From: the human T2T-CHM13v2.0 reference genome, Homo sapiens
Reading direction: 5' to 3' (one strand)
DNA length: 64,000 nt
NCBI RefSeq assembly: GCF_009914755.1
Contig: NC_060929.1
Below the pieces are notes generated by a model, which was not told the origin of the DNA, did no database searches, and saw only the letters and a list, made by a program, of their open reading frames with translations. This document shows positions 46,195 through 61,900 of this stretch, in pieces. The position numbers were made by a program, and so were the translations under genes. The first letter of the stretch is position 1. Each line of letters begins with the position of its first letter.

Positions 46195-47357
46195 TTTTTT
46201 TTTTTATTTTTTTTTTATTGATCATTCTTGGGTGTTTCTCACAGAGGGGGATTTGGCAGGGTCATAGGACAATAGTGGAGGGATGGTCAGCAGATAAACA
46301 AGTGAACAAAGGTCTCTGGTTTTCCTATGCAGAGGACCCTGCGGCCTTCCGCAGTGTTTGTGTCCCTGGGTACTTGAGATTAGGGAGTGGTGATGACTCT
46401 TAACGAGCATGCTGCCGTCAAGCATCTGTTTAACAAAGCACATCTTGCACCACCCTTAATCCATTTAACCCTGAGTGGACACAGCACATGTTTCAGAGAG
46501 CACAGGGTTGGGGGTAGGGTCACCCATCAACAGGATCACAAGGCAGAAGAATTTTTCTTAGTACAGAACAAAATGAAAAGTCTCCCGTGTCTACCTCTTT
46601 CTACACAGACATGGCAACCATCCGATTTCTCAATCCTTTCCCCGCCTTTCCCCACTTTCTATTCCACAAAACCGCCATTGTCATCATGGCCCGTTCTCAA
46701 TGAGCTGTTGGGTACACCTCCCAGACGGGGTGGTGGCTGGGCAGCGGGGCTCCTCACTTCCCAGTAGGGGCGGCCGGGCAGAGGCGCCCCTCACCTCCCG
46801 GACCGGGCAGCTGGCCGGGCGGGGGCTGACCCCCCCACCTCCCTCCCCGACGGGGCGGCTGGCCGGGTGGGGGGCTGACCCCCCCACCTCCCTCCCGGAC
46901 GGGGCAGCTGGCCGGGCGGGGGCTGACCCCCCCACCTCCCTCCCCGACGGGGCGGCTGGCCGGGTGGGGGGCTGACCCCCCCACCTCCCTCCCGGACGGG
47001 GCGGCTGGCCGGGCGGGGGGCTGACTCCCCCACCACCCTCCCGGACGGGGCGGCTGGCCGGGCAGAGGGGCTCCTCACTTCCCAGTAGGGGCGGCCGGGC
47101 AGAGGCGCTCCTCACCTCCCGGACAGGGCGGCTGGCCGGGCAGGGGGCTGACCCCCCCACCTCCCTCCCGGACAGGGGTGGCTGGCCTGGCGGGGGGCTG
47201 ACTCCCCCACCACCCTCCCGGACGGGGCGGCTGGCCGGGCGGGGGGCTGACCCCCCCACCTCCTTCCCGGACGGGGCGGCTGGCCGGGCAGAGGGGCTCC
47301 TCACTTCCAAGTAGGGGTGGCCAGGCAGAGGCGCCCCTCACCTCCCAGACGGGGCGG
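46195..47357 (-). mobile_element. SVA (D/E-like), 5'-truncated within the VNTR
   Basis: SINE-R antisense text (ttattgatcattcttgggtgtttctc...) ~46215-46710; GC-rich VNTR ~46710-47357; no Alu-like domain or CCCTCT hexamers. Confidence 0.97.
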
Positions 47358-48291
47358 CTATTCAATGTATTTTCTATTTAGCATTTTTGGATCCTTTTTG
47401 TAATTAAATTACAATTTTTGTCAGCTGTACATAAAATAATCCATCAAAGTGCTCTTCTTTTAAGTTAGGGTGCCTCTTTCCTCATCAAATAAATGACTTA
47501 AATATAAACACAATTTTAGCATATAAGATGAAGAGTGGGAAATCCATAATTCAACATGATTATCAAATGTAATATTGGAATATATTGAATAAATATATTT
47601 TTAAATGTAATTTTAACAAATCTCAGAAAAGTGTTTTGAGTGGCATTCTGGTCCTGCCATAAAATTATGTAAGTTACTAATAGAAATGGTCTGGATTTTG
47701 TGACAGGGCCCACAATATTGAAAATACATCCACATATTTAAATGCATAGTTAAAATTAAGTAAGGGCAGATTCAAATTTCTTGTCACCATACAAAATACA
47801 GAAAACACCAAATAAAGATCTTTGCACTGCTGGTCAGGTTAAAAGACAGAACATGCCAATTTAAATTCAAATGGACCACTGCAGCTCCACATTACATTAA
47901 GGGGAAAAATAACCTAAGTCATCTTGCTATTATAGTTGCAGAAAATTTCATACATAAGTAAATGTTTCTTTAAGTTTATATGAAGACTATTGTTTTAACA
48001 AAAGCTTGATACAGCAAGAAAAGAGACTATGGCTTTGCTGAGAATCTGGGTCACAGAACATAAAACTCAGCCTGATTCTAAAGTAAAGGAAAAGAGCAAA
48101 CGTGCAATAATGGAGAACATGGATAGAATCCTGTAGCTACCATGTACTAGTGGTATTAAGCTAGTCATTAAGTCTTCCTGATATTCCACTTCTTTTCCTC
48201 TACAAAGGATTATAATATCTACCTAGAAGACTATTGCGAGCATTAAGTAAGGTGGTAACTCCCAAGAGCCATTAGACTACCTGGTAGATTT

Positions 48292-48452
48292 CAGTGGGCT
48301 TCAATTACACATCAGTCACCTGGAAAGCTTTTAAAAATCCCAATGCCCAGGCCACATCTCCGACCAATTAAATCAGAATCTCTGTGGGTAGGACCCCAGG
48401 CACCAGTATTTCTTAAAGCTCCCAGGTAATTCTGAATTTGCAGTCAAATTGT
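48292..48452. mobile_element. MER5-type hAT-Charlie MITE
   Basis: tcacctggaaagctttttaaaaatcccaatgcccaggccac...gaccaattaaatcagaatctctg...aagctcccaggtaattctga. Confidence 0.85.
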
Positions 48453-48551
48453 GTATACTTAGAAGAGATCCACATACTAAAGGTATAAATAGAGAAGATA
48501 GGGCAGATACCATTTAGTGGAGTGCGGTAGTGGAGAAAGAAATGCAAAACC

Positions 48552-48920
<369 letters not shown>

Positions 48921-50242
48921 TCATGGAGAAGAGGGTAGGAACAGCATGTAGTAACTCCAATGACAAATCTCTCCCATCATGACTTTGAATCACTCTGCTA
49001 GGTCTTTACAGTGTCAGAAACATCTGCTTTATCTTCATGCCCAATTTGCTTTATTCCTTTTCCTTTCTAATTTAGCATTTGACTTTCATAAAATGAATGC
49101 ATGCAAAGGAAAGTCTATTTTAGGCTATGGAGAATCTTTTATTAATATAGATGTACAGAAATATAAGTTAAAAGGTTTCCTAGATTTCATAAATTTCACC
49201 ATGCTAAAATTATTGGGCCAATTTACCTTTGCGGGAAAGAACATCAATCTTCCTTCCAAAACACGTTGAAGATAAATTGTCATAATTTAATCCTTTCCAT
49301 TATAGCTCCCCTGTTCTATTATGTGAAATATTTAAAATATAATTTTTCTAAACTGTCCAAAATAGAATTATAGCCTATAAATTCTTACAAAATCTTCAAG
49401 ACAACAAACGTTAAATTCCATGCCTAAGTTAATAAATATGTATGCTTATTCAATTTTTTAATGAATAAATCCCAGGAATCAAAGAAATCTTGAGAAAATT
49501 ATTATGCTAACCCTATTAAGTAGCCCAAAAACTATTTAAAATATAAATATTTTTTGAATTTTATTATTTTTATGGTAGTTGTAGGAATAGGGTAATAGGA
49601 AGCATAATGTGTGCTACTAAGTGTTCACAATACATGAATGCTTTTCTTTTGCAATTTTTTATTTTATTATCCTTCTAGTTTAACAGAAGTTACAGTGATG
49701 ACTACAAAAATAAAAGACAAATTGATCTATTTCCAGTGAATTTTATGAACTAAGGCATGTAATACCCATGATCCAATTGAAAATACTCATTATGTTTCTC
49801 AATGATTGAGATAATTGCCTGGACTCAACTCTGCACTTTGCTGCTTAGCTTATGTATAAATGATTTGAAATGTCATCTATAAGCTACCTCAAAGCTCCTA
49901 TAATTATGAAAGTTTTATAATCATATCAGTTTAGAACTAGAGCAATCCAGAGAAATCATGTAGCTCATTCAACTCTTAATTCCTCAGATGAAAAAACAGA
50001 TTTAGATAACCTAAATTTTCAATCATAACCAATTAGAGGTAGAGGAGATTAGCACCCAGGTCTCAGGCTTACAAATCCAGTGGTTGTTTCTTATATTATA
50101 GCATGATACCTTCAGTCATGCTAAAAATTTTTTTAAAAAAGATTTAACACCTCATTGATTTTAGCGTATCAGTGAAACTGAACAGATACATTGCTAATTA
50201 AAGGAATTTAATGTAATTAATATTTTTTAAAAAGTTGCCTGC

Positions 50243-50318
50243 AAGACTATACTTTCAGGGATCATTTCTATGGTTCATTACTAGGGAAGTTTCCCTGAAT
50301 GTGTAGAGCACCGAAAAC
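50243..50318 (+). pseudogene. U3 snoRNA retrocopy, 5' ~76 nt only, fused to L1
   Basis: aagactatactttcagggatcatttcta...gtgtagagcaccgaaaac matches the U3 5' domain from nucleotide 1; the 3' domain (boxes C', B, C, D) is absent. Confidence 0.95.
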
Positions 50319-50807
50319 ACTCTTCAGGATACTATCCAGAAGAATTTCCCCAACCTAGCAAGGTAGGCCAATATTCAAATTCAGGAAATACAGAGAACAC
50401 CACAAAGACATTCCTCGAGAAGAGCAATCCCAACACACATAATCGTCAGATTCACCCAGGTTGAAATGAAGGAAAAAGTGCTAAGGGCAGCCAGAGAGAA
50501 AGGTCAAGTTACCCACAAAGGGAAGCCCATCAGACTAACAGCAGATCTCTCAACAGAAACTCTACATGCCAGAAGAGAGTGGGGGCCAATATTCAACATT
50601 CTTAAAGAAAAGAATTTTCAACCCAGAATTTCATATCCAGCCAAACTAAGCTTCATAAGTGAAGGAGAAATAAAAGGCTTTACAGACAAGGAAATGCTGA
50701 GAGATGTTGTCACCACCAGGCCTGCCCTACAAGAGCTCCTGAAGGAAGCACTAAACATGAAAAGATACAACCAGTACCATCCACGACAAAAACATGCCAA
50801 ATTGTAA
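50319..50807 (+). pseudogene. L1 ORF1p C-terminal remnant
   Basis: ORF 50466-50807 MKEKVLRAAREKGQVTHKGKPIRLTADLS...QKHAKL. Confidence 0.93.
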
Positions 50808-50870
50808 TAACCATAGACACTATGAAGAAACTGCATCAACTAATGGGCAAAATAGCCAGCTAGCATCATA

Positions 50871-54579
<3,709 letters not shown>

Positions 54580-54954
54580 ATAATGAAAACACATGGACAC
54601 AGGGAGGGGAACATCACACACCAGGGCCTGTCAGGGGGTGGGTGCCTGGGGGAGGGAAAGCATTAGGAGAAATACCTAATGTAAATGACGAGTTGATGGG
54701 TGCAGCAAACCAACATGGCACATGTATACCTATGTAACAAACCTGCACATTGTGCAAATGTACACCAGAACTTAAAGTATAATAATAAAAAAAGAATACT
54801 GCACACCCCTCCCCCAAAAAAAATGTTGCCTGCAAGTCATTTTCTTGTAGGTTGGATCTCCTTTAAGTTCAATAAAGTATACTGATTGAGAGAAGTATTC
54901 TAAAGATGCTTTAGAAAAATACGTTGCTATTTACAATGTATTACTTAAATATAT

Positions 54955-55105
54955 TTGATCCAGCAGCATTGACATCACTAAAAGATTGTTAGAAAAGCTG
55001 AAAGTCAGGGTGCACCTTAAATCCAATTAAACAGTATCTACATTTTAACGGCTTCCCAGGAGCCCTGGGAAGCTGTATATTCGCTCAAGTTTGAGAAGTA
55101 TGGCA
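54955..55105. mobile_element. MER5A-like MITE
   Basis: ccagcagcattgacatcac...ttgttagaaa...tctacattttaac...caagtttgagaagta. Confidence 0.7.
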
Positions 55106-55469
55106 GCCAGCTCCAGCCCATCCAAGGAAAGGGACATTAAATACAATCTGGTCAGCAGGCCTCATTGATCAAACATGTCAGTTAGAGACCTGCACACTTA
55201 ATGAAGATCTCATAGCTGATCTGAGGCTAAGTTAGAATTTAGGCATTCCAACTCTATACTATACCATGTTAGAGCATTGTGTGATACTTACTGCCCCAGA
55301 GCAAATCCGTTCCTCCATACAGATAGTATAAGAAGGGAAAGCAATCTACACTTCAGACTGCTGCAACTGTTCTGGTTCCAAGCCATCTTATACTAAATAT
55401 AGGACTAAAACAAACAAACAAAGGGCCTAGCTTTCTTCCACCCAGGGATGCTAAAAGGAAGAAAAGTTA

Positions 55470-56007
55470 AGGCAGTTTATATATGCAATTGCAACATTTC
55501 TTGTGAGTGTAAGGTTTGCTGAAGATTTTGGTAGAGAATCTTTATCAATTTAAGAAAGAATTCCCTTTGATTTTACTTTGTGCTGAGAATTTTGTTTATA
55601 AATAATTACTTAATGCTATTAGATGATTTTCTGCAACGATTTTAGATATGTTTTTTCTTTTTAACATGTTAATATTGTGATCTGATTTTCAAAGTTTGAG
55701 CTACATTGTATTCATAAAATGAAATCATAGTGATATTTTCCTACATGTTTACCTTTTTATTTGTTCACTATTCCTTTGTGCAGAATTTCCTAACATTATT
55801 TTTTTTCTTCTGGAAATAAATAATTTAGGAGTACCCCTGGTGTATATCTGTTGGTGTTGAATTATCTCAGCTTCTGTTATTTTGAAAATATCTTTCATTT
55901 GTCTTTATTTGTGAGGGGCAATTTTCCTGGATATAATTCCAGGATATAAGTACTCTAAGCTCTTGAAAAACACAAGTTAGTGTCTTCCATCTTCAATTGT
56001 TGCCATT
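55470..56007 (-). mobile_element. Ancient L1ME-like fragment (continues after 61226)
   Basis: ctgttggtgttgaattatctcagcttctg...tgaaaatatctttcattt...ttcctggatataattccagg...cttccatcttcaattgttgcc. Confidence 0.6.
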
Positions 56008-56022
56008 AAAACGTTAGATGCA

Positions 56023-59000
56023 GAGCAGCATTCTGGGGAGATAGTGGAGTAGGAAGCATGAAGAAACTGTCTCTGTACTTAAACAACAAATGCACTCTCA
56101 GAATGTTTGATGGAACTATTTTGGAACTATTGAGTCTATGAAAGGCTTGCAAATTCTGGTAACGCATCGATGGTAAATTTCAGCTCTTAGCACAATAGCA
56201 GCTCCTCATTCTCAACCCTCATCCTTCTGACGGAAAAATGTGCAGGGATTAGAAGAGCAGCTTGCACACAGCTTGTGGAAAGCAGGGTACCCTCAAAGCA
56301 CTCTGTCCTCCAAATATTAGGAATCTGTGATCCTGTCAGTGATTGCTGCTTCTGATCACAGAGGTGCAGAAAAATGATGGGCAGCCATTTTGTTGCACTT
56401 TCCCCATTGTTGCCAATAAATTCCCCTTGAGACGAAGTGACTTTCAGAATATTTAAAGGACCACAACATCATCCATCCATTCCTCATTTCTCATTTTTCT
56501 ATTTTTCCCATTTTTGCAGCAAGACATAGAAGGACAGGACATTGAAAAGCAATTTCATAGATGAAGAAAATTAGAAAGTGACCATGTATGCTGAGGAAAA
56601 GGCACAGATTCAGAAAAGACCTGAGAAGACCTTAAGTTTACACTTTGAAGTAATTCTCGTTATAAAGACAGCATGAAAATTAAACAATAATAATGATATA
56701 ATAATAATAATAATAATAAGCAAAACACCCTGAAAAGGGGGGAAATGTGATTTCCAAATTTACTACATAATTAGATTCAAATGTCCAGTTTCAACAAACT
56801 TCACGAGATATTCAAAGAAGCAGAAAAGTATGACCCACTCAAAAAAAAAGAAAAAAGCAACAATAATTGACCCTGAAAAAGATCTAATGGCAGATATACT
56901 AGACAAAGACTAAGACAACTGCCTCAAAGATCCTAAATGGCATCTTTAAGATATGGAGTCAAGAAAATAATTTATTTAAAAAATGGAAATATCAACAAGG
57001 AGATGGGAAATCTAAAAAGAACCAAAAATACATTCTAGAAATGAAAAGTACAATAACAGAAATGAAAAATTCATTAGAAGTATCCAATGGCAGAGTTAAG
57101 TAGGCAGATAAAAGAATCAGCAAAGTCGAGGAAAAGACAATGTAAATAAGTGAGTCTGAATAAAATTTTTAAAAAATTTAAGAAAGGTGAACAGAACCTA
57201 TGAAACAGAGTCAAGCATATTAACTTACACATTGTGGAAATCTTAGAAGTAAAAGAGACCTAGATGAAGGCAGAAATAACATTTCAAGAAATAATGGCTG
57301 AATATTCCTCAAATTTGATAACAGACATAAATGTAAACATCCAAAAGGTCGATGAACTTCAATTACAATGAATTCAAAGAGAACAATTTCAAAACACATT
57401 ATAATAAAACTTTGAAAAGAAAAAGGCAAATAGAAAATTTTTAAGGCAGCAAAAAGCATTTCATCACGTACAAGGGATTCTCAATAAGATTGTCAGCAGA
57501 TTTCTCATCAGAAACTATACAGACCAGAAGGCAGTGGGCGATATATTGAAAATGCTACAAGAAAAAAAATGTCAATCAAGAATCCTGTATCCTGCAATAC
57601 TGTCTTCAAACCTAAAAGAAAAATTGACACATATCCAGATCAACAAAACCTGAGGGACCTCATCGGGACTAGACCTATAAAATCTATTATTTTAGTAATG
57701 GTTTGTAACTTTAATATTTGTTTCCACATAATTTAAGATATTAATACACTTTTTTAAATTATTAATGTAAAAGCTAGTATTATTGTAACTTTGGTTTGTA
57801 ACTCAGCAGTTTGTTTTATACAGAATTTAATAGAGTAATGCATTTAAAGAATTATCAGTGTATGTTTTGGGGCACACAATATATTAAGACGTAATTTTGT
57901 GACATAAACAACTAAAGTGGTGATGACTACACTGTAAATAGGCAGCTTTTGTTGATCAAAGTTAAGCTAGTATAACAAATTAGAGTACTGTAAGTTTAGG
58001 ACATTAAAATGCTGTCCCCATAGTAACCAAAGAGAGTAGCTATAGAATATACACATAAGGAAATGAGAAAGGAATTAAATGTTTCAATATAAAAAATCAA
58101 TTATACAAAGAAGAAAATATTAATGCAGGACATATGGGACAAAAGGTATAAGGTATAAAGGAAACAAACAGAAAAATTACAGAAATATATCCCTCTTTAT
58201 CAGTAACCACTTTAAATGCAAATGGATTGAATCCTCTACTCAAAAAGCAGGGATTTGAAGAATGGGTTTTAACAAAATGTTCCAACTAAATGAGATCTTA
58301 GAAGATGCTCACTTTAGTCCAAAGACACAAATAGATTGTAAGAAAAAGCATGAAATAAGATAGTCCATGCACATTGTAACCAAAAGAGAGCAGAGGTGGA
58401 TACACAAATATCAGATAAAATATACTTTAACTAAAAAAGGGCATAAGAGCCAAAAGTACATTAGATATCAATAAGTTTTCATAGAGGAAAAAAGTATAAT
58501 AATTATAAACATTTGCAAACCAAATAACAGACCATCAAAATATATAAAGCAAAAAATGACAGATTTGAAGGGAAAAATAGACAGTTCTACAATAATAGAG
58601 ACTTCAATACACCATACTGAATAATAGATAGCACAACTAGACAGAATATTAGTAAAAAATCAGAGGACTTAATCAACAGAATACACCAAAAAGATCTAAC
58701 AGACATATACAGAACATTCTACCCAACAGCAACAGCAACAGCATGTACATTCTCCTCACATCCACATGGGACATTTTCAGGATAGACCATATGCTAAGAC
58801 AAAAATCAAGCCTCAATAGATTAACAAAGACAGAGATAATACAACCTGTCTTCTCCAGCCACAATGGAATGAAGTTAAAAATAAATAACAAGAAGGAAAA
58901 CTGACATTCTCAAAAAAGTTGTAAAAATTAAACAACATACTTTTAAACAACCAATGGATAAAATAAGCAAACACAATGGAAATTTAAAAATACTTAGATA

Positions 59001-61211
59001 TGAATAAAAACGAAATCACACATCAAAATTTGGGGAACACAGTGAGTATAGTGCTAAAGAGTAAATACATACTTTCAAATGCTTATATTAGAAGTAAGAA
59101 GATCTCCAATCAGCAACCTGATTTTACAACTTAAGGAACAAGAAAATGAAGATCAAACTAAACCCAAAGCTAGAAGAAAGCAGGAAACAGTAAAGGTTAT
59201 AGCAGAAATAAGCAAAATAGAGAATAGAAAAACACTACAGAAAACTAATAAAAAGTTGATTCCATGAAAAAAATCAAGAAGTTTAATGAATTTTTAACTA
59301 GACAAACTAAGAAAAAAAAGAAAAATCAAATTATTAAAATCAGAAATCAGAGTGGTGACATTACTACAAATTCTATAGAAATAATAAAGCTTATGAGACT
59401 ATAGTTAAGAATTCTACATCGACAAATTACATATCTTAGATAAAATGGATGAATTTTTGAAACAAAAGCACTGTCATCACTAAATGACAGAGAATTAAGA
59501 AATCTGAATAGACCTATAATTGGTAAGAAGATTTAATCAGGAGTCAAAATTCTCCTGATTAAAAAAAAAAATCCCTGGTGTCTTCACTGGTGACTTCCAC
59601 CAAATGTTTAATGACAAACTAATACAAATATTTTCCATTATTTTCCAAAAAATCGAAGAGGAAGGAGCAACTCTTAGTAGAAAAGCTTCACAACATTGGA
59701 TTTGGCAGTGATTTCTTGGACATGACATGAAAGGCACAGACATCAAAAGAAAAAATAGACAAAATGAACTACATGATTTTTTTTAATTGTACATCAAAAG
59801 ATTCTATCAGCGGAGAATTTTATCCACAGAATTGGAGTCTATAATTATAAATCATATATCTAAAAGGAATTAACATCCAGAATGTATAGTGAATTCTTAA
59901 ATCTCAATAACAACAGCAGCAAAAATCTAATAATCTGATTTTTAAAATGAGCAAATGATCTGGGTAGACATTTCTTCAAAGAAGATATACAAATGGCCAA
60001 CAAACACATGAAACAATGCTCAACAATGCTACTCCATGGGAAAATGTGAAGAAAAACTTCAATGAGATATCACCTCACAACCATTAGGATGATTATAATA
60101 AAAAAAACAGAAAATAAAATACATGTTGGTGAGGATGTGGAGTAACTGCAACCCTTGTGTACTGTTGGTGGGAATATAACATAGTATTGCCACTGTGGAA
60201 AATCGTATTGTGGCTCCTCAAAAAATTTAAAGTAGATTTATCATGTGATCTGTTAATTCCACTTCTGAGAATGTACCCAAAATATTGAAGGCAGTTTCTC
60301 AAAGACATATGTGTACATTCATGTTCATAGCAGCATTATTCACAATGGCTAAAACTAGGAAGCATCACAACAGTCCCTTACTGGATGAATGAGTATCAAA
60401 ATGTGGTGTATAAATACAATGGAATATTATTCAGCCTTAAAAAGGAAGAAAAGTCTAATGTATGCTAAAATGTGGATAAACTTTGAGAACATCTTGCTAA
60501 GTGAAATAAGCTAGTCATAAAAAATAGGTTACTGTATGATTCCACTTAGATGATGCTATGGTTTGAATGTGTCCCACAAATTTCATGTGAGATATTAATT
60601 GCATTAACCTCCAATGCAGCAGTTTTCAGAAGTGGGACCTTTAAGTGGCTGATTAGGTTACCAGGTCACCAGGGCTCTGCCTGCATGAAATTCTTAATGT
60701 CATTATCATGGAATTGAGTTAGTTATTGTAGGCGTAAGCTTGTTATAAAACCCAGTTTGGCCCTCTCTTGATCTCTCTTCCTCTTCCACCTTCCACCATG
60801 GGATGATCCATCAGGAGGGTCCTCACGAGATGAAGTCCTCTCAACCTTGGGCTTCCTAGCTTCCAAAACTGTAAGAAATACATTTTTTCCTTTATAAATT
60901 ACCTACACTGTGGTATTCTGCTATAGCAATATAAAATGGTTAAGACATGAGGTACTTAAGAGTAGTCAAAAATGATAGAGACAGAAAGTAGAATTATAAT
61001 TACAAGGAGCTGACGGGAGAAGGGAAAATTATTGTTTAATAAAGATACAGTTCCCATCATACAAGAAGAAAATAATTCTATAGATGGATTGTGGTCATGG
61101 TTGTACAAACAGTATGAAATTATTTAATACCACCAAGCCCTACACTTAAAAATGGTTAGGATGGTAATTTTTATGGTATGTATATTTTACCACAATAAAA
61201 AGTTTTGAAAA
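56023..61211 (+). mobile_element. Ancient near full-length L1 (L1MB3/4-like) with internal RT deletion
   Basis: 5'UTR-like start, degenerate ORF1 (~56800-57680), ORF2 EN from ~58180, 3'UTR ending tacacttaaaaatggttaggatggtaa...; degenerate TSD (12/15) at 56008-56022 and 61212-61226. Confidence 0.85.
60554..60947 (+). mobile_element. MaLR solo LTR (MST-type) nested in the L1MB 3'UTR
   Basis: tgctatggtttgaatgtgtccc...ccttgggcttcctagcttccaaaactgtaagaaata...ggtattctgctatagcaatataaaatggttaagaca. Confidence 0.88.
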
Positions 61212-61226
61212 AAAAAGTTGGATGTA

Positions 61227-61590
61227 AATCTCATCTTTATTCCATTGTTGATCATCTGTATTTTCTCTCTGGCTGTCTGTGAGATCTCTTTGTCTCTAGC
61301 ATTCTGTATTTTCACTGTGCTATATCCAAATGTGATTCTTGTTTTTCTTGCTTTTGTTTCCAATGTATCTCAAATCTTTCATCATTTCTATACACTATTT
61401 CAGCTACTTTTATCTTTAATATTGTTTTTTTTCTTACCACCTTCTACATTCTCTCTTTGAGAAAATACAATTAGATATATGTTGAATTGTATTTATCTTT
61501 CATTGTTTTTAACCTTTTAAAAATTTTTTCATCTCATTTTCTCTCTGTGCTACAATCTAATTTTTAGATGTACCCTCCTCTACTGCAAAA
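61227..61590 (-). mobile_element. Ancient L1ME-like fragment (continuation of 55470-56007)
   Basis: ttttctctctggctgtctgtgagatctctttgtctctagcattctgtattttcactgtg antisense ORF1-like text. Confidence 0.55.
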
Positions 61591-61599
61591 GTCTTTTTC

Positions 61600-61900
61600 C
61601 CTAGCTCTTTGAGAAATAATTAACAAACAAAAATGTTAAATATTTAAGGTGTGCATTGTGATGCTTTCATATATGTATACATTGTGAAACGATTACTACA
61701 ATCAAGATAATTAACATATCCATCATCTCATATAGTTACCATTATTTTGTAGTGAGAACTCATAAGATCTACCCTGCTAGCAAATTTCTAGTATATAATA
61801 CATCATTATTAATTGTAGCCAAAATGAGGTACAATAGATCCCATGCTTTATTCATCCTTACTAACCAAAACTTTGTAACTATTGACTCAAATCTCACCAT
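61600..61900 (-). mobile_element. L1MA-type 3' end fragment
   Basis: atatttaaggtgtgcattgtgatg...tatacattgtgaaacgattactacaatcaagataattaacatatccatc...gtgagaactcataagatctac. Confidence 0.75.

Noticed and set aside
46113-47365. Several long Pro/Gly/Arg-rich ORFs (up to 208 aa)
   Set aside because: Translations of the stop-poor SVA VNTR and SINE-R, not genes
50243-50318. Functional U3 snoRNA gene
   Set aside because: Only the 5' third is present, the 3' domain boxes are absent, and it is flanked by a retrotransposition TSD
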